A model generated the notes under the pieces. It had not been told where the DNA came from, did not search any database, and saw only the letters and a list, made by a program, of their open reading frames with translations. A stretch of DNA of 64,000 bases from Pseudomonadota bacterium. Its GTDB lineage: Bacteria; Pseudomonadota; Alphaproteobacteria; MPNO01; UBA2964. Position numbers and translations under genes: made by a program. Below, one piece after another: positions 18,257 through 27,335 of this stretch; position 1 is the stretch's first letter, and each line of letters begins with the position of its first letter. Where the stretch lies: contig JAYZFG010000015.1 in assembly GCA_036336885.1 (NCBI GenBank), positions 142,126 through 206,125 on the forward strand, in the 5' to 3' direction.

Positions 18257-20565
18257 TAAGCACCTTTTTCTTTAAGAAGTTCATGAATACGCATCGGTGT
18301 TAAGGGTAAATCTGTTATTTTTATATCGTATTTACTTAAAGCATGCGCAACAGCGTTACCGACAGCTCCTGCCACTGCTACAATGCCTCCCTCGCCTGCC
18401 CCTTTAAATCCCATAGGATTCAATTTGGATGCATACTCCTCCAACGCTATCGTGGTTATTTGGGGTAGATCTGTGGCAAGAGGTAAAAGGTATTCGGCAA
18501 AATTCGTCGTCATAAGCTGACCGTCATTATCATAAATCATATGATCCAATAATGTGCCCCCCAACCCTTGAACAAGTCCGCCAACAGCTTGACCCTCGAC
18601 CATCACAGGGTTCAGTGCTCGGCCAATGTCTTCTATTAACGCATATTTGATCAAATCCAGTCCACCGGTCTCGATGTCTACTGAGACAAGGGCGGCGTGT
18701 GCCCCATAAGAGTAGGACACCTTTCCGTCATTGCTGTAGCTCCCGTCAGCCGATAGGGAGGTGTTGTCTCGCGCAATTGCAAATGCTGCCAGCTGAGACA
18801 GTGTAAACTGTTCGCCATTGTCCCGTTTAACAGTCCCTGAACCGTATTCGAGGTCGCTTGACGCAACATTCCAACGTAATGCTGCAAGCTCCAACGCCTT
18901 TAACTTTAATAACTTGGCAGCTTCCCTTACTGCATTTCCGCCCATTACTGTGCAACGACTATTAAATGTACCACCGCCAGCTCCCAAAAGATTTGTACTA
19001 CCGTGTTTGACGATAATTTTATCGATATTTGTCTCGAGAAATTCGGCACAAATCTGAGCCATGCCGGTCTCCAAACCCTGGCCTACGGAAGACGCACCAG
19101 TCCGCAATTCGATACTACCATCACGTAAGACAGTTATCCGCGCAGTCTCCGGGGGACCGCCCGCGCTACTCTCCACGAAAATAGCCACGCCAAGACCCAT
19201 CAGCTTACCGTTCTGATCAGTCCCTTGCCTCGTCTTCCAATGTTCATAATCGATGAGCTCCAATAATTTATTAAAAGCAGAACCATAATTTCCTTCATCA
19301 AAAGTTGCATCTGTATCACCCGGTATAAGTTCGCCAATCCGATACGGAAGTTCCTCCGGTTTTAATAAATTTTTCAAACGAAGAGCAGCCGGATCAATAC
19401 CAAGGTCTCGGGCCATCATATCGAAAATCCGCTCTCGACAAAAAGTTGCCTCAAATCGGCCTGGGCCTCGCATAGTCCCGACCGGTGTTTTGTTGGTGAC
19501 TAACGCCTTCATTTCAGCAAAAAACGCTGGCACTCGATAAGGCCCGGGCAAAAACTGGACCGCTTTCGAGGGTATGACCCCGCCATTCGTACGAATATAT
19601 GCGCCAAGATCACCAAGCACTTTACAGCGCATTCCAAGTATAGTGCCGTCAAGCGTCGCAGCAATCTCGAGATCACAAGTGATATCACGAGAATGGTTAC
19701 AGGCCATAAGATTCTCCCGACGATCCTCTATCCATTTTATTGGCTTGCCAACGCGTTTAGCGGCAATCAGTACTAGATAGTCTTCGGGATAAAGTTCACC
19801 GCGGGCACCAAAGCCACCACCAACATCCAGTTCTATCAATTCCACTTGTTCTTCTTTGAGACCAAATGCAGCAGCTAGATGACGTCTATTAAAAAATGTA
19901 ACTTTTGCAGCGCCGGTAAGGCGTAACGCACCGGATTGTGGAACATATTCTCCGATCAGACCCCTGGTTTCTAAAGGACATGCTCCGTGACGATTGGTGA
20001 CAAATTGTTCACGGCGTACATATGGAGCATTTTTAAAAGCCGCGTCGATATTTCCACGCTCTACCGTGTATTGTGCACCGATATTCTCGCCTGCAGCGTC
20101 GTGTAATAAATCATGACCTGCTTCTGCTTCTTTAACGCTGGTCACTGTCGGTAAAGCAATTAGATCAAGCGTTATCGCTGCGATAGCGTCCTCAGCCAAA
20201 TAACGACTCTCCGCAATAACAACGGCTACAGGCTCTCCTACATAACGTACTTTATCGATCGCCAGTGGTTTTTGAAGAAATCGTTCAAAGCCCTTGAATG
20301 GTGCCAATCGAAGTGGAATATCCGGTAACGGAAAATCGATATTCGAGGCACAAAATATATCCACTACACCCGGCATCGCTCTGGCACTTTCAAGACTAAT
20401 GGCTTTTATTCTTGCATGTGCCAGTGGACTACGCAGAATTGCCATATGCAATAAATCTGGCATCGCCACATCATCAACAAATTGCCCTCCGCCGGTCAAA
20501 AGCCGTCGATCTTCAATTCGCGGAACTGATTCACCAATATATCGAATTGGACTTGTCTGATTCAT
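18256..20565 (-). CDS. Xanthine dehydrogenase/aldehyde oxidase/CoxL-family molybdopterin-binding large subunit
   Basis: 769 aa. N-terminal GESVPRIEDRRLLTGGGQFVDD, RSPLAHARI, …GGGFG…, …VGTMRGPGRFEA… and C-terminal …GFKGAGEGG… are present. There is no N-terminal FeS domain. Confidence 0.88.
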   Translation of the reverse strand: MNQTSPIRYIGESVPRIEDRRLLTGGGQFVDDVAMPDLLHMAILRSPLAHARIKAISLESARAMPGVVDIFCASNIDFPLPDIPLRLAPFKGFERFLQKPLAIDKVRYVGEPVAVVIAESRYLAEDAIAAITLDLIALPTVTSVKEAEAGHDLLHDAAGENIGAQYTVERGNIDAAFKNAPYVRREQFVTNRHGACPLETRGLIGEYVPQSGALRLTGAAKVTFFNRRHLAAAFGLKEEQVELIELDVGGGFGARGELYPEDYLVLIAAKRVGKPIKWIEDRRENLMACNHSRDITCDLEIAATLDGTILGMRCKVLGDLGAYIRTNGGVIPSKAVQFLPGPYRVPAFFAEMKALVTNKTPVGTMRGPGRFEATFCRERIFDMMARDLGIDPAALRLKNLLKPEELPYRIGELIPGDTDATFDEGNYGSAFNKLLELIDYEHWKTRQGTDQNGKLMGLGVAIFVESSAGGPPETARITVLRDGSIELRTGASSVGQGLETGMAQICAEFLETNIDKIIVKHGSTNLLGAGGGTFNSRCTVMGGNAVREAAKLLKLKALELAALRWNVASSDLEYGSGTVKRDNGEQFTLSQLAAFAIARDNTSLSADGSYSNDGKVSYSYGAHAALVSVDIETGGLDLIKYALIEDIGRALNPVMVEGQAVGGLVQGLGGTLLDHMIYDNDGQLMTTNFAEYLLPLATDLPQITTIALEEYASKLNPMGFKGAGEGGIVAVAGAVGNAVAHALSKYDIKITDLPLTPMRIHELLKEKGA

Positions 20566-20720
20566 AAGCCAAACCTCTCACCATAATAATAAGGTACGGC
20601 AATGGTTATCAGCTGAGCAACGGTTCGATCGAGAAATTTTGTAAAAAACCATTCCCCGAATAACAAAAAAGAGACATTATCTCTTCATCAACTGGAAAAC
20701 TTTATGGATGAGACAGGGCA

Positions 20721-21530
20721 ATGGATCTTCAACTTAAGGGAAAAAAGGCAATTGTAACAGGTGGAAGTGAGGGCATTGGTAAAGCAATCGCGCTGGTTTT
20801 AGCTCAGGAGGGCGTTGATGTTGCAATATGTGCCCGGCGTAAAGGGCCTCTCGAAGATACTGCTGCAGACATTGCTAAAACTACCGGCCAAAACATTATT
20901 CCGATAACCGCAGACCTTACCGATACAGAACAAGCAAACGCTTTCATTGATGAGGCCGTTGGGTCTCTGGGTGGTGTTGACATTCTTGTTAATAATGCTG
21001 GCGCCGCCACGGGTGGTGTATTGGAGTATCTTTCCGACGAACAATGGGAAGACGCACTACAACTAAAATTTTTCGGATATGTCCGTTGCACACGTGCGGC
21101 CCTGCCTCATTTAAAAAAGAAAGGCGGCGGGCGTGTTGTCAATTTAATTGGGAATGACGGGATTAAGCATTCATATTGGGAAATTGCGCCGGGCGCTGCA
21201 AATGCTGCGGGACAAAATTTAACAATCTCACTGGCCGGACAATATGGAAAAGACAATATAAGTTTCGTTGCTGTAAATCCAGGCCCCGTCAGAACCGAGC
21301 GTTGGACCGGGCTCGTCAAGGGTATGTCTAGGGATATGAAAATTAGTTATGAAGAAGCCGACCAGCTTGCGCCACGCAGCATCCCGCTTGGCCGCATCGC
21401 AGAAACGGTGGAGGTTGCAAATCTTGTTGCATATCTCGCCTCGCCTCTGGCACATTTCGTTAATGGCACGATGATTGAGATTGACGGGGGGCAGCAAAAG
21501 CCAATGATGGATGCCTTCCGCGATGGATGA
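20721..21530 (+). CDS. Short-chain dehydrogenase/reductase fold protein with an atypical active-site region
   Basis: 269 aa. TGGSEGIGKAIA and VNNAG are present. The segment that should hold S...YxxxK reads NLIGNDG...APGAANAAGQN. Confidence 0.7.
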   Translation: MDLQLKGKKAIVTGGSEGIGKAIALVLAQEGVDVAICARRKGPLEDTAADIAKTTGQNIIPITADLTDTEQANAFIDEAVGSLGGVDILVNNAGAATGGVLEYLSDEQWEDALQLKFFGYVRCTRAALPHLKKKGGGRVVNLIGNDGIKHSYWEIAPGAANAAGQNLTISLAGQYGKDNISFVAVNPGPVRTERWTGLVKGMSRDMKISYEEADQLAPRSIPLGRIAETVEVANLVAYLASPLAHFVNGTMIEIDGGQQKPMMDAFRDG

Positions 21531-21536
21531 AAATAT

Positions 21537-23186
21537 TTAGAGCCCAGCAACTTTATCACGAGAAAAGTCATACCCTTCTTTTACAATAAATTCGAGGAGG
21601 TATGGCTTGCCGCCCTTAATTGTTGTCACAGCGTCTTTAATTGCCGGAATTATATCCTCCGGACTTTCAATACGACGGGATTGAACATTAAGACCTTCAG
21701 CGACCTTTGTATAATTTCCGCCAACATCCATGGAATTATATTTCTCGGTCGCCAAAATAAGAACATCGCGCTCGGCAGCCATTACACCGTTGTTAAAAAC
21801 AATTGTAAGTGTCGCGATGCCATTCCGCGACGCCGTTTCCAGGTCCATTCCGGTCATACCAATTGCTGCATCGCCCATCACATTAATGCAAATCTTATCG
21901 GGAGCCGCTAATTTTGCTCCCATATTAAGGCCGAGCCCATAGCCAAGCTGTGTTGACTTACCCCACCCAATATAAGAGCCAGGTGTTGTACTCTCCCAGC
22001 TCGACATCATTTGCTCACGGGGACTACCAGAGTCATGAGTTATAATAACGTTTTCCATGTTGAGGGTGTCCATCAGGTCTTGGATAACCCGATACTGGTT
22101 TATTGGTACTTCATCGGAAGTCCTGTGCTTAGACCATTCTCCGAGCCAATCGGATTTAACTGATTTAATTTCGTTCACCAAGGTTTGCCTCTTGCCTTCT
22201 ACTTCCTCGCCGCGCTGAACTTTAATTTCAGCGATTAAGGCTTCAGCAACCAACTTGGCATCACCAATCACAGCATGCTCGGCAAAATAGTCTTTATTTA
22301 TGTCGGATGGATCAATCGTAGAGTGAATAATTCGTTTTCCAGGTGGTACTTTTGGTCCAAAATTGGTAATCGTCAGGCTTGATCCAATCGCGAAAATAAC
22401 ATCGGCTCGATCCATAAAATGTGAGACCATTCGTGGGCGAGATCTTGTACTACTTCCCAAAGCAAGTGAATGATTTTCAGCAACTGCACTCTTACCCGGG
22501 TTCGTCATCATAACCGGCGCCGGAATGCTTTCCGCGAGTTCAGTTACCGCGGCACTGGCCTCCGCATAAAGGACTCCCTGCCCCGCCCACAGAATGGGGC
22601 TTTCGGCTTCTAGTAATATCTTTGCTGCTTCTTCAATAGCTTGGCGCTCAGGTGCTATTGGATAGGGGCGAACAGGGCTGTAGTCCAAATCATCGTTATA
22701 TTCCTGATCCCACACCTCCAGTGGAATCTCGAGGAGAACCGGCCCTCCTTTTCCCGTCCGCATCGCATGATATGCCTGTCGCATTAATCCCGGGATCACA
22801 TCAACAGAATGCGCGCGTGCCGCCCACTTTGTTACTGGTGCGAAGACATCTACTGCGCTGAAACTTGGATGTCTATATTGCCGAGCGGACCCTAGCCCAC
22901 CAGGTAAAATCAATATCGGTACATTTTCCGTATAGGCTTGGGCTATCCCAGGAAAGGCGTTTTCTATGCCAGGACCGGCCTGAGCCGCAAAAACACCATT
23001 GGCCTTTCCGCGCATCACTCGAGAATAACCATCGGCAATCCCTACACCGACACGTTCTTGCCTGCACAAAATTGGCCTAATTCCAACCTTCACGCATTCT
23101 TCAATAAGAGGATTTCTCGGATAGCAAGATAGAAACTCGGTTCCCTCTCTTTTTAAAATTTCTGCAACGAGGGCTGCACCATTCAT
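21537..23186 (-). CDS. Thiamine-diphosphate-dependent enzyme (acetolactate synthase/benzoylformate decarboxylase-like)
   Basis: 549 aa with three-domain TPP enzyme architecture and the ThDP-binding motif GDAAIGMTGMDLETASRNGIATLTIVFNNG. Confidence 0.8.
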   Translation of the reverse strand: MNGAALVAEILKREGTEFLSCYPRNPLIEECVKVGIRPILCRQERVGVGIADGYSRVMRGKANGVFAAQAGPGIENAFPGIAQAYTENVPILILPGGLGSARQYRHPSFSAVDVFAPVTKWAARAHSVDVIPGLMRQAYHAMRTGKGGPVLLEIPLEVWDQEYNDDLDYSPVRPYPIAPERQAIEEAAKILLEAESPILWAGQGVLYAEASAAVTELAESIPAPVMMTNPGKSAVAENHSLALGSSTRSRPRMVSHFMDRADVIFAIGSSLTITNFGPKVPPGKRIIHSTIDPSDINKDYFAEHAVIGDAKLVAEALIAEIKVQRGEEVEGKRQTLVNEIKSVKSDWLGEWSKHRTSDEVPINQYRVIQDLMDTLNMENVIITHDSGSPREQMMSSWESTTPGSYIGWGKSTQLGYGLGLNMGAKLAAPDKICINVMGDAAIGMTGMDLETASRNGIATLTIVFNNGVMAAERDVLILATEKYNSMDVGGNYTKVAEGLNVQSRRIESPEDIIPAIKDAVTTIKGGKPYLLEFIVKEGYDFSRDKVAGL

Positions 23187-23199
23187 AATTAAACCTTTC

Positions 23200-24435
23200 C
23201 TATTTCGAGGCGACTAACCCGTAATCGCGTTTTAACTGTTCAGTAATTGTCTCTTCAAAGGAAACATCATCAGAAAGGGTAAATCTAGTTGAACGTGCCC
23301 GATAACTCTTAGGGTCGAGCCCTGGTGGTGTTTTACCATCCCTAAAATCTTTCAAGCTTTGTAACAATAGTTTTCGAATTTGGATTATAGCCGTATCACT
23401 TGCGCCAAGATGCTCTATCGTACGATCCGCTATTGGACCCATGGATTCTTGAACACTAGCATCCTGAACTCCTAGGCCGACCATTCCCGTGTATGATTTG
23501 CCACTCGCTTGAAGCTCGCGATCAATGTTGTAATCGTTACTTTTATTATGAATGGGAATATCAGTTCCAGGAATATTTTCTACATGGATACCATTGTAAT
23601 TCTTGGTCCGTGCCAGGTCCTCATCAGTTAATGGTTTATCCGGCCAATAATCAACGCTGTAAAGCATCGTATTTTTATCATCAATTGGAACCCACATATG
23701 AGCGGCCTCGGGCTTGGTTGCAAAAATTTTATGAAACGGCATACACATTAGGTTTGAAGCCCATAACACTTCGCCTTTTTTCAATACCCGGCCGGTGCCT
23801 GCCATAAACCCAAAATCGGTCTGGACCACAGCATATTGTGACGGAACAATATTTCTGTTAGGTGGCGCATCACCGGTATGTAAAAAAGCCAGATGGCTGG
23901 TATCAAAACCACCCTCCAGACCCTGCAGCCAATTACATTCTTGAATGTGACGTGTCACATAGCGATGTGAAGCTGGAACCATAGCCCACTCTAATTCAGG
24001 AAATTCAGGCTGGAATTCAGGAGGCCCCATATAGGCCCAGACTATGCCTCCTTCTTCACAGCAAGGATATGCCTTAATTCTTACTTTCCGCTGCAGAGTG
24101 CTTCCCGCGGGCTCGCTTGGCAAATCTACACACTGACCATTAACATCAAACTTCCAGCCATGATAGACACAACGGAGACCACAATCCTCATTGCGTCCGA
24201 AAAACATTGAAGCCGTCCTATGAGGACAACGTTCATCAAGCAGCCCCGGCTTGCCCTCACTGTCACGAAAGGCCACGAGCTTTTCCCCCAACAAGCCAAC
24301 CCGAACCGGCGGGCAGTCTGGCTTCTCAATTTGATAAGAAAAGACTGCGGGTATCCAATAGCGTCTCATCAAATCACCCATTGGAGTCCCGGGACCGGTG
24401 CGAACTAATAGTTCATTATCTTCATGGGAAAGCAT
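23200..24435 (-). CDS. Rieske [2Fe-2S] non-heme-iron oxygenase alpha subunit
   Basis: 411 aa. Rieske motif CPHRTASMFFGRNEDCGLRCVYHGWKF, followed by a catalytic-domain His pair (…DTSHLAFLH…). No reductase or ferredoxin gene is nearby. Confidence 0.82.
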   Translation of the reverse strand: MLSHEDNELLVRTGPGTPMGDLMRRYWIPAVFSYQIEKPDCPPVRVGLLGEKLVAFRDSEGKPGLLDERCPHRTASMFFGRNEDCGLRCVYHGWKFDVNGQCVDLPSEPAGSTLQRKVRIKAYPCCEEGGIVWAYMGPPEFQPEFPELEWAMVPASHRYVTRHIQECNWLQGLEGGFDTSHLAFLHTGDAPPNRNIVPSQYAVVQTDFGFMAGTGRVLKKGEVLWASNLMCMPFHKIFATKPEAAHMWVPIDDKNTMLYSVDYWPDKPLTDEDLARTKNYNGIHVENIPGTDIPIHNKSNDYNIDRELQASGKSYTGMVGLGVQDASVQESMGPIADRTIEHLGASDTAIIQIRKLLLQSLKDFRDGKTPPGLDPKSYRARSTRFTLSDDVSFEETITEQLKRDYGLVASK

Positions 24436-24464
24436 CTAAAGATCTCCGCTTTCTAGACTGGGGT

Positions 24465-25418
24465 TCAGCCGACTCCCGATCCAGATCGTTTTAACCTCGG
24501 GTCAAATATGTCACGCATGCCATCACCCAAAAGGTTAATCCCTAAAACAGTAAAGAAAATACACAGGCCTGGGAAAAGAGCTAGCCACCAAGACGTACTA
24601 ATATAGGCGCGCCCATCGGCAAGCATACTACCCCAGGTTGGAATCTCCGGGGGCACTCCCAGCCCGAGAAAGCTAAGACTGGCCTCAGAAATAATGGCGG
24701 TGGCCATAGCAAAAGTTCCTATAACCATCGCCGCTTGCATCAGGTTAGGAAGAATATGTTTAACAATTATCCGAGTGTCACGTGCACCTAGAGATCGAGC
24801 AGCATCAACAAAGTCTCTTGTCCGCAAGGATAAGGCCTGACCCCGTGAGACACGGCAGTAGGGTATCCAGCGCTGTGCAACCAGTGCCGCGATTAATATC
24901 CACAACCCCTGACCAAAGAAGGCAAGAACAGCGATGGCAAGAAGAAGAGGTGGAAATGCCCATATCACCTCCACCAATTTCTGTATGAAGAAATCAGTGC
25001 GTCCGGCAAAATAACCCGAGATTGCTCCTAAACCAACGCCGATCACGCCCGAGATTATTACTACCGTTCCTGCAATAACCAATGAAATTCGCGCCCCGTA
25101 AAAGATTCGGCTTAAAATGTCTCGGCCAACATGATCCGTTCCAAGAAAATGGAGACCGTCCCACCATTGGGGTGCTTTTAAGGTATTGGTCAGGTTCTGC
25201 AAATTGGGATCGTAGGGTGAGATGAGCGGAGCAAAAACACCCATAAAAACCAGGAGAAACACCAGACTGCCGCCCATAATGATTTTTGGCTTTAACCAGG
25301 GCCTGATAGCCTTTCTAAAATCTGATACCTGAGTATCCGATGAAGAATTAACAGGATTTGTTGAGGGACTATTTGTCAAAGCGAATCCTCGGATCAATAA
25401 GCCCATAAAGAATATCAA
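24465..25418 (-). CDS. Peptide/opine/nickel-type ABC transporter permease (DppC/OppC-like)
   Basis: 317 aa with 6 TM helices and an EAA-type loop (…ARSLGARDTRIIVKHILPN…). The start is uncertain: the track ORF overlaps the upstream permease gene by 50 nt. Confidence 0.8.
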   Translation of the reverse strand: MIFFMGLLIRGFALTNSPSTNPVNSSSDTQVSDFRKAIRPWLKPKIIMGGSLVFLLVFMGVFAPLISPYDPNLQNLTNTLKAPQWWDGLHFLGTDHVGRDILSRIFYGARISLVIAGTVVIISGVIGVGLGAISGYFAGRTDFFIQKLVEVIWAFPPLLLAIAVLAFFGQGLWILIAALVAQRWIPYCRVSRGQALSLRTRDFVDAARSLGARDTRIIVKHILPNLMQAAMVIGTFAMATAIISEASLSFLGLGVPPEIPTWGSMLADGRAYISTSWWLALFPGLCIFFTVLGINLLGDGMRDIFDPRLKRSGSGVG

Positions 25419-26376
25419 TAATGAAGTTGATCATAACGAAGGCAAAGGTATAGCAAAGCACTGTCCCAGTAATCAGAGGGTAATCTCGTGCTGTTATCGC
25501 AGAGATCAATAATGAACCACCACCTGGCCAAGAAAAGACGGTCTCGACAATAATCGAGCCAGATAGCAAAGTCCCCAACTCAAGCCCAACGACGGTTATT
25601 ATCGGAATTAAAGCATTACGAACTGCGTGGTGCCATAATACCAAGCTTTCCTTGATACCCTTTGCCCGCGCTGTAGTGACATAATCTTCATGCATAACCT
25701 CTAACACCGATGAACGCGTGACGCGCATCATTATACCCATCATATTTGTACCGAGCGCCGTAGCGGGAAGGATTATATACTTCAGTCCGTCCCAGGCGGC
25801 GGTCCAGTTGCCATGTATTATACTATCGATAATGTAAAACCCCGTGATGGGATCGCTTGGAATACCGTAGGTCTCCCGCCCAGCAGACGGTAGCAAATTA
25901 AAGACGCCAGAAACTACAAGGATCAGCATAATACCAAACCAGAAATTCGGCATACTGATACCGAAGAAGCCCACAACCGATCCCAAATTATCAATCCAGG
26001 AATTTGGTTTAGCACCAGCCCAAACTCCAAGTGGTAATGCGACAATAATAGCAATTACGATAGAGAAGAAGGCAAGCTCGATTGTAGCTGGAAGTCGTTC
26101 AACAATGAGAAGAAGAACGGGGTCAGCATATCGGAATGACATGCCGAGATCCCCCTGCAATGCAGCGACCAGGAAACGCCAATATTGAACATAAACTGGT
26201 TGGTCTAGGCCCCAACGTTGTCTGGCTTCCTCAATATCTTCCTTCGATGCTTCATCGGATAGAAGAATATCGGCCGGATCGCCGGGTGCAGCCTGCACAA
26301 GCATAAACACCAGTAACGAGATCAACAGCATTACCGGCATCGTGCCAATCATCCGACGTATGATGTAACTAAACAT
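25369..26376 (-). CDS. Peptide/opine/nickel-type ABC transporter permease (DppB/OppB-like)
   Basis: 335 aa. N-terminal MFSYIIRRMIGTMPVMLLISLLVF and …TTARAKGIKESLVLWHHAVRNALIP… are typical of the DppB family. Confidence 0.85.
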   Translation of the reverse strand: MFSYIIRRMIGTMPVMLLISLLVFMLVQAAPGDPADILLSDEASKEDIEEARQRWGLDQPVYVQYWRFLVAALQGDLGMSFRYADPVLLLIVERLPATIELAFFSIVIAIIVALPLGVWAGAKPNSWIDNLGSVVGFFGISMPNFWFGIMLILVVSGVFNLLPSAGRETYGIPSDPITGFYIIDSIIHGNWTAAWDGLKYIILPATALGTNMMGIMMRVTRSSVLEVMHEDYVTTARAKGIKESLVLWHHAVRNALIPIITVVGLELGTLLSGSIIVETVFSWPGGGSLLISAITARDYPLITGTVLCYTFAFVMINFIIDILYGLIDPRIRFDK

Positions 26377-26447
26377 CTTTATTGCACTCCACAGGGAGAC
26401 AGGCGTAAGCCAGAGAAAAGTGCCTTGAATGACTGATATAGAACACG

Positions 26448-27335
26448 TCAGCTGTCCCCACAGGTTTGCACAAAGGCATGTATTAACTCATTAAACTCTT
26501 TTGGGTGTTCCCTATAAGAAAAATGTCCTGCCTGATTCAGAATATGGAACTTCGCATCTGAACGGTGTTTGGCTATCAAATCCCAAAGTGCCCAACCTTG
26601 TTCAATAGAGGCGGTGGGGTCGTTTTTTCCCCAAATGATTTGGGTGGGCCTCTTCAACCCTTCATCTCGCAACATGGCAAACATTTTGGACTTGTCCGCA
26701 GCCAGGCCAGGGGCAAACTGCTTTAGTCTTAATCCTTGCGTTTCCATTTTATCCCAGGCCAAATGATATTCTGGGCGACTAGCAACCTCACAACAGACGT
26801 CAAGCCAATCACTTGAGATGTGGTGTGGGCTATAAGAATAATGTTCAAATATCCAGTAGTGGCTATCACGTGATAGGCGTGGCTCCGGGGGATTACCTAG
26901 TACAATATTGTTTAGCTCAACACCGGGTGAACTGGTATTACTGTCCACAATTGTACAACTCCGAACCATCTCAGGGTAGTCGAGAGTAAGGCGGCAGACC
27001 AAATATCCTCCCCGAGAATGTCCCACAAGATCCGCTGGACCCAAATTGAGAGCACGGAGTGTATCTGCTGCGTGCTCGACAACGGCTGACATGCAGTAAT
27101 CTCCATCGGATTTTGGAATATCCGTAAAACCTTGACCAAGCTTATCAACAGCTATCACACGGTATCGTTCCGCGAGAGCGTTAAAATTAGTACTCCAATC
27201 CCACGCACTATCTGCAGCCGTCGGATGGCCAAAAGCTCCGCCGTGAAAAAGTACAAGCGCCTGACCCGAACCCTTTTCGTAGTAATGGGTTTTTACGCCC
27301 GAGGCATCGACAAACTTTCCATCTACCCTAAGCAT
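26448..27335 (-). CDS. Alpha/beta hydrolase (C-C hydrolase/BphD-like), copy 2 of a tandem pair
   Basis: 295 aa with HGG oxyanion motif, GHSRGG nucleophile elbow and C-terminal AGHF His. About half of the positions are identical by eye to the adjacent 27335..28222 product. Confidence 0.75.
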   Translation of the reverse strand: MLRVDGKFVDASGVKTHYYEKGSGQALVLFHGGAFGHPTAADSAWDWSTNFNALAERYRVIAVDKLGQGFTDIPKSDGDYCMSAVVEHAADTLRALNLGPADLVGHSRGGYLVCRLTLDYPEMVRSCTIVDSNTSSPGVELNNIVLGNPPEPRLSRDSHYWIFEHYSYSPHHISSDWLDVCCEVASRPEYHLAWDKMETQGLRLKQFAPGLAADKSKMFAMLRDEGLKRPTQIIWGKNDPTASIEQGWALWDLIAKHRSDAKFHILNQAGHFSYREHPKEFNELIHAFVQTCGDS

